Both the position numbers and the translations under genes were made by a program. A stretch of 64,000 nucleotides of DNA from Octopus sinensis (Eukaryota). The stretch spans positions 67,208,001 through 67,272,000 of the forward strand of contig NC_042999.1 in NCBI RefSeq assembly GCF_006345805.1. The letters are read 5' to 3'. Shown here piece by piece: positions 23,401-35,164 of the stretch. The notes beneath the pieces were generated by a model, which worked only from the letters and a program-made list of their open reading frames with translations, made no database searches and was not told the DNA's origin. How positions within the stretch are numbered: the stretch's first letter is position 1; every line of letters begins with the position of its first letter.

Positions 23401-23472
23401 ATGAGTGAAATTGGACATGAAACCAAAGAGGTCGATTTAACGGCTGCTGGCCGAGGTGTATGGTTAGTTAAA
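23401..23472 (+). CDS. GTF2F2: General transcription factor IIF subunit 2 (RAP30), exon 1 (MSEIGHETKEVDLTAAGRGVWLVK)
   Basis: DLT....GVWLVK signature; donor GTAAGT at 23473. Confidence 0.95.
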
Positions 23473-23513
23473 GTAAGTAAAACTCCTTCCATAAACTATG
23501 CTTATATATGTAT

Positions 23514-23769
23514 GGCATTCTTTCGATATAACTCGATAAAATCAAAACATTTCACTTTGGGTATTTCCGTGGGTTGTGGAGTATAGATATAACATGTCTC
23601 ATTTTAAACTTGAATGAAAAAAAATCCTTGCATATTTGATCTTACCTGTTTAATGTGTGTATGTAAAATCCGCATATTTCCAAGCACATAACAATCGAAC
23701 TCATTTGCTTCCACGGAAATACTCGAAGTGAAATGTTTTGATTTTGTCGAGTTATATCGAAAGAATGCC
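23514..23769. mobile_element. MITE/foldback with about 58-bp TIRs in GTF2F2 intron 1
   Basis: Arms 23514-23572 and 23711-23769 are reverse complements. A second copy lies at 21757-22415. Confidence 0.7.
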
Positions 23770-24319
23770 CCTATATATGTATACACACACATATATAAGT
23801 ATCTAAGTATCCATAAATCAAAAAGATTAGCTAGAATGTGCCTCTTGGGGTGAGACATCTTTTGCTCTGTTTGTAATGCAAATTTCAAACAGCTAGCACA
23901 TCTAGAAAGTGGTCAAGGTTTGAACAGGAGCAGAGACCATTTATTTGACCATTCAAAAGTTGGATCATTTAGTTTAACATATCTGTTTTGTTCATCTCTG
24001 GTGAGCAAACTCCCGAACGCCTAGATTGGGTTTTTAACCCCTAAACTCATGTGAAATCGGATGAAATGGATCTATAATACATGAAGGGCATCCAGTTGTA
24101 GAAAATCTACCTAAAAAAAATAGTCTGACCTATGCAAGCATAGAAAAATTATGATAAATCCTCGGTTCTTGTATGTAACGATATTGTTTAGCATGTCAAG
24201 TGCGATGTTATTGTGATTGAGGACAAAATTTTAACATCGTCGAACTTCAATATTAATGCTGTTGATCCTTCAGCGTGACTTTCATAGCTGTATGGTTTAT
24301 TATTTATTATTATTTTCAG

Positions 24320-24399
24320 GTTCCCAAGTATTTGTCGGAGAAATGGAGGAAGGCTCCCTGTAGTTGTGAGGTGGGAAAACTGAAGATCACTAGATCAAG
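24320..24399 (+). CDS. GTF2F2: GTF2F2 exon 2 (VPKYLSEKWRKAPCSCEVGKLKITRS)
   Basis: 80 nt, TTTTCAG/GTAAGT boundaries, VPKYL..W and EVGKL motifs. Confidence 0.95.
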
Positions 24400-26343
24400 G
24401 TAAGTTGACGAACTTGCTTTTCTTACTATGGTGATGAGTAAAATAGATCATCAATCGGGTGGAGCCTTAGACTGATCTACTTGACACATGAGTGATAGTT
24501 TGCCATAATCTTAAGAGTGACAGCAAATTGCTTTGCAGTATTTAACTCTGCCATTTTATGTTCTGAATTCATATTTTGCCAAGAAAGTGTTGGCATGGCT
24601 TATTGGTTAAAAAAGTTCTCGTCCCAACCACATTGTTTCAAGTTTAATATTACAGTGTGGCACCTTGGCCAAGTGTTTTTTTTTTAGTATAGACAGGTGC
24701 TGATCCAAACTTTGTAAAGCGATTTGATAGATGTAAACTAACAAAAGCCTTTTGTGTATGTGTTTGTTTACATACAATTGCACCTCACTAAATATCAGCT
24801 ACAATGTTGTCATTTCGCCTATCAACAAATTGCCTACTGTCTTTGCACCTTCAGAGATGTGTAAAACAAGATTCTTGTAAAACAAATAAGGGTTAGCAAC
24901 TGGGAGGCCACCCAGCTGTAAACCAATACTTCAATAACACATTTATCTAACCCTTAGGGGGTCCACTTATGATTTTACTGTTAAAATTTGTGTGATAAAT
25001 TTGTTATACCTCACCAATACACAAAATATTTTAACAGTTTTTTTTTTTTTTTTTTTTACAATTCCCAATAATGTTCAATTATATCCAAAATATATTACGA
25101 TTTTTTAAACATCGAATGGCTATGACGGCCCATTTAAGTAAACTAAGAAGTGAAGTGGTCCAAAGGCAAAAAAATAGTTGAGAACAACTGATCTACCCCA
25201 TGCTAGTATGCAGAAAAGAGACATAAAAATAAACAAATGTATTGAATTTACCTTTCATCTTCGAGTGTCGGTGAAATATTAATGTCAGTATCTGTAATTG
25301 TTAGCCTCTTCAAAATTGGAGGGTCTTGAACATGTGTTAGAAACCGTCACTATCATTGTGATGGTTGTTAGCATACACTTTCAGTTTGATGTCTAAGAAT
25401 GCTTAATCTAGCACAGTGAGTGGTTTTGCAGATTGTCTGAGTGATAACCTAAATCCCTTGTGATATTTAGTTTCATTCTAAGCTCAAATTCCATTGAGGT
25501 CAATAAAATAAATACCTGTTAATCTCCAGAAGATTGTGGTCGTGTTAGAAATTTGTTTTTAATGGCATGATTATTGTTGTTATTTGTGTGTGTTGTTGTT
25601 TCTGGGCCCTTTAGAAATGTTCTACCTTTGATAGATCGACAAGAAACATTAATATAATCTAAATTAAACTACAGGTTTCCCTTGTGTAATCAAGTATGAT
25701 TTGGTAGTGTATACCATGCTTTCACTAATTGCTTTAGGTACCTGTGTAGTATGTAAACATAGGCACCTTCCAAGTCCTTGATTCATTGAGAATGGGACAG
25801 CTAGAGAGAGAGAGTGAAATGAGGCTGCATTTGACTACTAGTAAAGAATTCCAACCACGTTTCGTGGTCTGCTACTTCAACAGCTCCTTTATAAGATCCA
25901 GAGGCTAAAGACATCATCAGGAGGAACTACATCTGGTTTCGGCCCCTACTCTTCTACTGTTTTCAACATGGTGGGGCCCCCTCCTTTCGGAAGTGTTTTC
26001 AGCTCTGGTGTTGAGTACATTTTTCTTTGGTCTTTTGTTCTTTGGTTTCTTCAATGCAGCATCAACAAATGTCAGCAGGCGAATGACCACCCTGCCAAAT
26101 TTCTCTTCAGTAGGCTCCAGCAACCAGCATCTGTTAACTACCATGTGACACAATCTAAGCTTGAACCGACCAATGGGGAGGAAGAGTGTGTAGTTTTGGC
26201 CTGCGCCCTCTCTACCTTCCAACAGAGTTGTGTTAGCTTCAATTCCTGCTGCAGGAGCCAGCTAGCTGTTTGGTGGTACAAGCCTTTGAACCAGCGAATG
26301 TGAACCTTCAAAAATGAAGTTGGTCTCATCAGAACTTGATCTC

Positions 26344-27000
26344 ATCATCATCATCATCATCATCATTTAGCGTCCGCTTTCCATGCTAGCATGGGTTGGA
26401 CGGGTCAACTGGGGTCTGTGAAGCTGGAAGGCTTCGTCAGGCCCAGTCAGATCTGGCAGTGTTTCTACGGCTGGATGCCCTTCCTAATGCCAACCACTCC
26501 GCGAGTGTAGTGGGTGTTTTTTATGTGCCACCTGCACAGGTGCCAGACAGAGCTGGCGAACGGCCACGAACGGATGGTGCTTTTACGTGTCACCGGCACG
26601 GGGCCAGGCGATGCTGGCAATGGACACGAACGGATAGTGCTTTTACGTGCCACCGACATGGGGCCAGACAGAGCTGGCAAACGGCCATGAACGGACGGTG
26701 CTTTTACGTGTCACCGGCACGGGGGCCAGCCGAGGCTGGCAACGGACGCGAACGGATGGTGCTTTTACGTGCCACCGACACGGTTGCCAGACAGAGCTGG
26801 CAAACGGCCACGAACGGACGGTGCTTTTACGTGTCACCGGCACGGGGGCCAGCCGAGGCTGGCAACGGATGGTGCTTTTACGTGCCACCGACACGGGGGC
26901 CAGGCAGAGCTGGCAAACGGCCACGAGCGAATGGTGCATTTACGTATCACCGGCACGGGTGCCAGACGAGGCTGACAGTGGACACGAACGGATGGGTCAC
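26344..27000 (-). mobile_element. RTE 3' end with alternating modules of about 60 bp
   Basis: (CAT)n tail at 26344, then repeated GGTGCTTTTACGTG(C/T)CACC modules. Confidence 0.85.
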
Positions 27001-27867
27001 TTAACCCCTGCTTTCTGATATATGATTTGATTTTGATTGTTCTCACTGGTCTTGCCGGGTCTTCTCATGTGAGTACTGAAATGAATATCACAATGCATTT
27101 TATATGACACTCTGATAACTCTGCCATTATGTTCTGAGTTCAAATTCCACCAAGGTCGACTTTGCCTTTCATCCTTTCAGGGTCGATTAAATAAGTATCA
27201 TTTACACACTGGGGTTGATATAATCGACTTAATCCGTTTGTCTATCCTTGTTTGTCCTCTCTGTATTTAGCCCCTTGTGGGTAGTAAAGAAATAGGTAGT
27301 AATCAAAGGAGTCCATAGGCAAAAAATGGTTGAGAACCACTTCTCTAGATAGTCCGATTATAGTTCATTTAGTGAATTATATCACTCATAGCCAAAATGG
27401 TGACCTCCCTTCAGTTAGGACCTTACTGAGCCAAAGAAAAAGCTGCTATGCAGTCCATCTCCCTCACTAACTAAATCTTCCTCAAGATGACTACTACAAT
27501 TAATTTGGTTATTCATGATGTGTTTGGATTTTAAGTATAATACACAAATGGTTATTTTGATCTAATACTGCTTCTGTTACTCGTAACAGATTTTTAATTA
27601 AAGCAAATGAAATAGCTTGTGTGATAGTGACACTCTTCTACTATTAGGGTATCATGTCAAGACAAGGGGACAGTAACGAACACACACCTGCATATATATA
27701 TATGTACAGACACACACACAATAGGCTTCTTTCAGTTTTCATCTACCAGATCTACTCTCAAAGCTTTGGTCATCCCAGAGCTATAGTAATAGTATATGAC
27801 ACTTGTCCAAGGTGACACATAGTGCGGCTGAATTCAAAATCATATAGTTGAGAAGCAAGCTTCTTAT

Positions 27868-28092
27868 TTCTTTCTTTATTGCACACAAGGGGCTAAACAT
27901 AGAGGGGACAAACAAGAACAGAAAAAGGGATTAAGTCAACCCCCCAGTGCTGGTACTTAATTTATCGACCCCGAAAGGATGAAAGGCAAAGTCGACCTCG
28001 GCAGAATTTGAACTCAGAACGTAACAGTAGACGAAATAATGCTAATCATTTCGCCCGGCTTGCTAACGTTTCTGCCAGCTCGCCACCTTAGG
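27868..28092 (-). mobile_element. tRNA-headed SINE (family B, GGCGAGCTGGCAGAA head)
   Basis: Core TTCTGAGTTCAAATTC..CGAGGTCGACTTTGCCTTTCATCCTTTCGGGGTCGATAA. Further copies near 1410-1570, 2280-2900, 14620-14822, 27125-27298, 28575-28745 and 46090-46310. Confidence 0.8.
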
Positions 28093-30610
28093 AGTAGCTT
28101 CTTACCACACAGCTGCTCCTAATGGAGGTCAGTTATGGCTTGAATCACTTTCATCTTCAGTGTACTATATCAGTACTGACCCGGGGCTAAACAACATGTC
28201 TGACAGCATTTATTCCCTGACCTATCATCACAGAATTCTTCAAAGCTTGCTCCCACCTAAAAGAATACGTTGGAATATTCAGTTCCTTGCATTCTTTAGT
28301 ACTGCTCTAGAAATACAGGCCTTTATTTCCAAGGACTATTTTCATTGAGAGAGAGCTTCATTCCCTCCTCATATGTTTATACTATGTTAACTGCTGTAAT
28401 ATTCCTTGTTTTTCTCAATAGAAACGAAATCAACTATATTAATTTTCTTAAAAGATCGTATTTTCCATATCAACCAATGTTCATTTAATTAACGATTTAT
28501 CATTTATTAAATTGAGAATTATTGTTATTCATTAGAATAAGAATTGAGTATATGCTTAGCAGAGAATATATATTTCTTTACTACCCACAAGGGGCTAAAC
28601 ACAGAGGGGACAAACAAGGACAGACAAACGGATTAAGTCGATCATATCGACCCCACTGCGTAAATGGTACTTAATTTATCGACCCCGAAAGGATGAAAGG
28701 CAAAGTCAACCTCGGCGGAATTTGAACTCAGAACGTAACGGCGGTTTACCTGAGAATATAGAAAGACTAGAACAAAATGTTTTTATTTTTCATTCCCTTC
28801 GAAATTTTATCCCTAATATTTGTTTGGAATTTAACTGTCCTTTCTAGCGTGCATGGAATCCTATGATGGAATATCTCTTGTGTTTAAATGTACGCTGCAT
28901 TTATATGAAAGACTAGAAAATGTAGAATTGTCTCCCATTAAAATAACCTCAGTCATTGACTAACATATTCTCCTCGTTACGTGATTATTTCTGAGTTTTT
29001 AATTTTTCCTATTACTAAATATATTAACACCAACTTAATTATTGTTTTTCTTGAAGTTGGCATATTTAAATTATTTGACCTCTTAAGGGTTCTATTTTCA
29101 TACACTATAAAACGAATAATATTCTATCAAAGATGATTGTATTAAGAAGTCTGCTATGAAACCGTGTGGTTTCAAGTTTTATCTCAATGCTTGCCCTCTT
29201 GGACTATTGTCTTCTACTATAGTCCTGGCTGAACAATTACCATATGAGTGGTTGTTTATTGATAGAAACTGTGAGGAAGTGTGTGACATCTATGTGTTTT
29301 TGTCTATCTTTATACATCTTGTTTTTGCTTGTCACGGCTTGACAATTAGTGTTTACCTGGTTATGTCCCTTGAAACAGTCACCTTTTTTTTTTCCTGTTT
29401 TAACGTCTACTTTACCATGCTAGCATGGGTTGCAGATTTTCTACAGCTAGTCGCCCTTTCTGTTGCCAATCTTTACCTGTTTCCAAGCAAGGTAATATTT
29501 CCCCATGGTCAAACATGTTTTTGCGGAATATTAAAAACGAAATGCTTTAATTCATAATAATCATGCAATGTGAACACATGGAGACACACACACACACGCG
29601 CGCGATGGGTTTCTTTCAGTTTCCATCTCCCAAATCCACTCACAAGGTTCTGATCAGATTGGAGTTAGGGTTAGAAGACACTCATCCATAGTTTTTCACG
29701 GAGTGGGATTGAACCTGGAACCATTTGTTTGGGAAGTAAACTTCTTAGCCACCCGGCTGCGTCTGCATCAGTGTTTTGGCAAAACAGAGAACTGATAAAC
29801 TAATTACCAAATTTAAAAAGAAAATAAACCAAAACAAAGTACCAGAATTGATTTGATCAACTGAACTTGTCAAGGTAGTGCCCCAATATGGCCACAGACT
29901 GAAACTAACAAAGAGCGATTTGTTCATTACTGCTCCTGTCTTTTTAAACTGAAGAGGTCAGAATAACATTAGAACACGTCTTACCAATAATTACCAAAAA
30001 TTTTTTTTCTAATTAGCCATTGACCAATATTTTTTTCTCTCATTGTTTATTTATTTCCAGTTGTCTTAAACATGTTAGCACTAACTTAACCATTCTGTTA
30101 ACACTTTTACAGTCTTTGTGCAATTTTGCACCATGTAGAGCACAATTATTGGTGTTGTTTAGTGTCTGCTCAGCCCTAGTATAGCAGACCTACAACTGAA
30201 GACATTCCAGCCATGATCACCCTGTCTTTTTAATGGTATATAGCTCTACGTAATTCAATGTGTCCTTTATTTAAGATAGTAATGTCTGTTTTGAAGGTGC
30301 ACGACTCAGTGGATAGAGCATTGAGCTTACGATCGTGAGGTTGTGAGCTCGATTCCCAGACCAGGCTGCATGTTGTGTTCTTGATCAAGACACTTTATTT
30401 CACATTGCCCCAGTTCACTCAGCTGTAGAAATGAGTTGCGACGTCACTGGTGCCAAGCTGTATCGGCCCCTTTGCCTTTCCCTTGGATAACATCAGTAGC
30501 ATGGAGAGGGGAAGCTGGTATGCATGGGCGACTGCAGGGGAAACACATAGGTAATTGTAATATGCTGTATATAACTGTAAAATAAAAATAGTGGATGTAC
30601 AAGTCTCCAT

Positions 30611-30649
<39 letters not shown>

Positions 30650-31215
30650 TTTAACGTCCACTTTCTGGGTTGGACGATTTGACTGAGGTCTGGCGAACCA
30701 GACTCCAATCTGATCTGGCAGTGTTTCTACAGCTGGATGCCCTTCCTAATGCCAACCACTCTGAGAGTGTAGTGGGTGCTTTTACATGCCACCGGTGCGA
30801 GTCCCAGTTTGGTGGTACTGGCAATGGCCACACCCAAATGGTGCTTTTTACTTGCCACCTGCACAGGAGCCAGTCCAGCAGCACTGGCGACGACATCGCT
30901 CGAATATTTCACGTGCCACTAGCACAAGTGCTAGTAATGCGGTAATGATATTATTATTATTGTTATTATTATTATAACTCTGAGGAACTTTACATTCCTG
31001 AGTAGGACACTCTGAATTACCCAATGAGAGAACTTACTGGTGACTAACAATTCATTGCAAGCATTGGCATTGGATACTGACCATTGTGGTTAGCCAACAT
31101 CTGGAACCAGAGTATCTACTTGGATAATTTAAATATGTTCCTACAAACTCACTTTTAATATATATAGGCATACTCTCTCAGGTATACATACATAGATGTG
31201 CTGGCACATACATGT

Positions 31216-31428
31216 ACTCTTTTACTCTCTTTTACTTGTTTCAGTCATTTGACTGTGGCCATGCTGGAGCACCGCCTTTAGTCGAGCAAATTGACCCCAG
31301 GACTTACTCTTTCTAAGCCTAGTACTTATTCTATTAGTCTCTTTTGCCGAACTACTAAGTTACGGGGATGTAAACACACCAGCATCGGTTGTCAAGTGAT
31401 GTTGGGGGGGACAAACACACACACACAC

Positions 31429-31471
<43 letters not shown>

Positions 31472-31632
31472 ACAGGCTTCTTTCAGTTTCTGTCTACCAA
31501 ATCCACTCACAAGGTTTTGGTTGGCCCAAGGCGATGGTAGAAGACACTTGCCCAAGGTGCCACGTAGTGGGACTGAACCCGGAACCATGTGGTTGGTAAG
31601 CTAGCTACTTACCATACAGCCACTCCTATGCC
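31216..31632 (-). mobile_element. tRNA-headed SINE (family A)
   Basis: Full-length reverse-complement match. Confidence 0.85.
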
Positions 31633-31912
31633 TATACTAACATAGTCACAGGCAGTTGTGCATATTTCCATGTGCACATACATCTATAGGTGCCGTTGTA
31701 GATGTAGACATTCTTGTAGAAACAATCATGCATATACATATAGGGATACATATGCATAAATGATATTCAGGTGCACACACACACACACACACATATACAA
31801 GTGCATAGACATAGATGTATATGTTAAATGAGATATAGCAACTGAGATGAAACTTGGTTACTAAAGTGTATGATTTGTAAACATTTTTCTCTTTTTTTTT
31901 TTCTGTCAATAG

Positions 31913-32088
31913 AATCAGTGGTTCAAAACCTGAGGTGATTTTTACATTGGGTGAGGCTCTCTCTCGCCCTGAAGCTCCACAAAGAACAGATGATCCTGCA
32001 GGATTGGGAGTTCCCAAAGAGCACAAGTTTGTACTTACCGCTATAGGAAATCAAAATCTTGTTGTTGTATCGCAGACACCAACTGCCG
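31913..32088 (+). CDS. GTF2F2: GTF2F2 exon 3 (ISGSKPEVIFTLGEALS...PKEHKFVL...QTPTA)
   Basis: 176 nt, phase 2 in and phase 1 out, TAG/GTGAGT boundaries, EV.FTL and P.EH.FVL motifs. Confidence 0.92.
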
Positions 32089-34108
32089 GTGAGTATTGTT
32101 ACATTAGTGTTGTTTAATCCCACTTCTGGGTCACCTCACTCCTGATTCAGTAGATATTTGGTTGTTGGTGTTCTGGCAGTGGCCATCCCATCGATTTTCA
32201 GAAGTTGTTTATTTAGGATCAAATTAACTGTATCATTCAATTTTTTTTCTTTTTTTTTTTGTGACTGTAAGATGAGATGTGATTTTAGTAAAATTTTGCT
32301 GCTATTTCTGGAAGATTGAACAACCACATAGAGTCTCTTTCTGTTGGATTATATTCCTAGTCATCATCATCATTTAACATCCATTTTCCATGCTGGTATG
32401 AGTTGGGCAGTTTGACAGGATCCAGGGAGCTGTGCTGAGCTCCAATGTCAGGGGAAACAAGATTAAAACTAAGCAACCATGTAAACATGTATAGATTACA
32501 AATTAAAGATTCTATGTAATAAACATGTAGACATTTGTGCAAAAAAAACAAAAAATTAAAATATTCTTCTAAAATGATCAGAATGATCAAATATGAAAGG
32601 CAAAAGAATACTTTATAGGAATTCTAAATCTGAAAATAAACCAGAAATAGTTAACACTATTATTAAAAACAGCTTCCTCTATACACATTAGCGCAGAACA
32701 CATGTTTGGAAAGTTGAACAATACCAAGTACTTAAATACGAAATACAGACTACACACAAAATAATATGCACGAGACACAAATTTCTGTCACAAGGGCTGA
32801 CGACATTCAGTCACGTAAAAAATAAGTTTCTTTTTCAAGCAGTTAATAATTTGCAAAAAAAAATCTTTTTTAATTATAGTGACATTATCTAGTATTTTTT
32901 ATAGAAGCTCCTAAAAATATGTGTGTATATGATGAGCTTCTCTGAGGTTCCATCTCACAGCGTCATTCACAAAACTTGACCCATGGCCTTAGTAAACACT
33001 TAGCTAAGGTGCTGTGCAGTGGGACTGAACCTGAAACCATCTAACTGAGAAGCAAACTTTTTACCACACAGCATGCTTTTGCTTTGAATATAGTAATGTA
33101 TATAGTATGTAGTATAGAAAAACTGCTTGAAGATGAATTTGAAGATAAGGTTAGTCAAGATATTCCATTTTCAAGCCTACTTGGAAAGATAGATCTGGTT
33201 TCATAGCAGCATTATAAAAATGCATTACTGTTGACAAGGTACTAAGAGAGCCTTTATAATGGTCATTCAAATTTTTTTCATATGAGTTAGTGAAAGGAGG
33301 AAAAACAGCATCCATGGGCCTTTCATCACTACCTGGGCAAGTCTAGTGAGGATTACACCTTGTTGAGGTCAGAAGATAAGGTCTAAACTTCTCCGAAACT
33401 ATTGCCAATATTTACCAAACAAATAAATAAAAAAAAAATCATTGAATTATTGACTGTTGTTGTCATCAGAATGCAGACTTGATCCATATGCTTGCATCAG
33501 AGTGGGATATGTTAAAGGCATTTTAGGTCCAAGCAGTGGACCTTACATGCCTACATATTTTAGACTTCTCAAGAACAAGAACTGACTCTGATGGGCTTCT
33601 ATACAGTTTCTGTCCACCAAAGGTCACTTAGAAGAATTTTGTCTACGTAAGCTTTTGTTGGAGACAGTTTCCTCAGGTTAAAGTCAAATATATTCCAGAA
33701 TGAAACTGTGTTACCAAGGGGTTTTAATGTAAACAATCTTATTATTGTAAATGACCATATCACGTACATTATATAAGTTGATTTCTTTCTGTATATTATG
33801 CAGCCATAATAGCTCTGAGATTAAACTTCAGCACAGTCAGTGTGTTGTTAAGAATCAAGTCAGTCTCATTATGTAGACATAACGATATTTCATCTGTGAC
33901 TAGTCTGTCCTTTCTGCTAAACATAGTTTGTGTAAGACTGCATTATTATCCAACATGTCCTTCATTTTTCAGACAGCAGGTATGAGTTGAAGGAAATTTT
34001 GCTGGGTCTAATTTTTTTTTATTTTCTAGCAGCAAGAACAGCCATGTAATCACTCATTTGTTAGCTCATGTAACGTTTCTTTCTTTGCTGTTGTTGATGT
34101 ATTATTAA

Positions 34109-34940
34109 CCCCTTAATGGATTATCCCAAATTTACTTGTGCATCACAAATGTATCTTTTTAGAACCAGACGAGTATATCTGGTCAAAATTAACTTTTAAT
34201 TTTAGCACTCAAATGAGTTTATTTGTTTTGTGTCGTTTCATTTTTGAGCAATCACGAATTTACTTGCGTTGCCGTACGCCTGGCAGCACATATTCTGGTG
34301 CCATTTCAAAGAATTTATGCTTCCAAGTTTTGAACTTTTACTTCAGTGCATGCACAGATTCAGGAGGAGGTTGATGTCATTTTAGAACCATCTCGTTTTG
34401 ATTCTCTATTATTTATACAAATAAGAGAATTATTTATGCATCAATCCCATATCCAACAGGATTTGCCCAGCTTGTCACTTTCTCATGGAAATACCACCAA
34501 GTGATAAGAAAAAGAACCCTACAAGACGGTGTGCAAAATGCACAAAGAAAGACGCTAAAGGAAAGAAGACTCGAAGAGAAAGCAGATACATGTGTGATGT
34601 CTGCAAGATAACTTTGTGTGTAACTCCTTGTTTTAAAAATTATCATTCTAAATAAACTGTCTATCTCGTTTTTAAAAAAAATTCCTTTGATTTAAAAGCA
34701 ATACATCTTATAAAAAAATCGAAGATAGTTAAGTTACATGTATTTTTTTAAATATCCAAGTTAACTCGTTTAAATCCAAATGAGTGAAAGTACTTTTTAA
34801 TTTCTATAATAAAAAATAAAGGAAACAAGATAAAAAATATTTTTTTTATAATTAGCACAGTGTAGATAATTAAAAAAGGAAATAAAAAAAATATGCTTTG
34901 AAATGAAACGCCACATCAAAATAATTGATCCATTAAGGGG
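34109..34940 (+). mobile_element. piggyBac-derived non-autonomous element
   Basis: TTAA TSDs (34105-34108 and 34941-34944), TIR CCCCTTAATGGAT. Retains the C-terminal Cys-rich domain at 34464-34655 (PTRRCAKC...RYMCDVCKITLCVTPCFKNYH). Confidence 0.88.
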
Positions 34941-35143
34941 TTAATTAATGTCTTGTTAGTAGTAAGGGAGAATACATCTTGTTGTAAAAGCAATTTATGT
35001 AACAATAATATGCAAATATACAAAGTTGCAGACACCTTTCTAATCAAGCTTTCTAATTAGCAGAAGACGTAAAAGAATATAAATCTAAATGTTATTGTTT
35101 CGGAATATCAAGTAGTAATATTACTTTGTTTTATCTCTTTCAG

Positions 35144-35164
35144 ATGTTGAATTAGGTACCACTG
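35144..35164 (+). CDS. GTF2F2: Candidate 21-nt GTF2F2 microexon (adds DVELGTT)
   Basis: Strong polypyrimidine tract plus TTTCAG acceptor, CTG|GTGAGT donor, phase 1-1, no stop codon. Confidence 0.65.

Noticed and set aside
25850-25922. Minus-strand CTGATGA ... CGAAACG spacing
   Set aside because: Stem II does not pair convincingly and the GAAA is sequestered in an ACCACG/CGTGGT hairpin.
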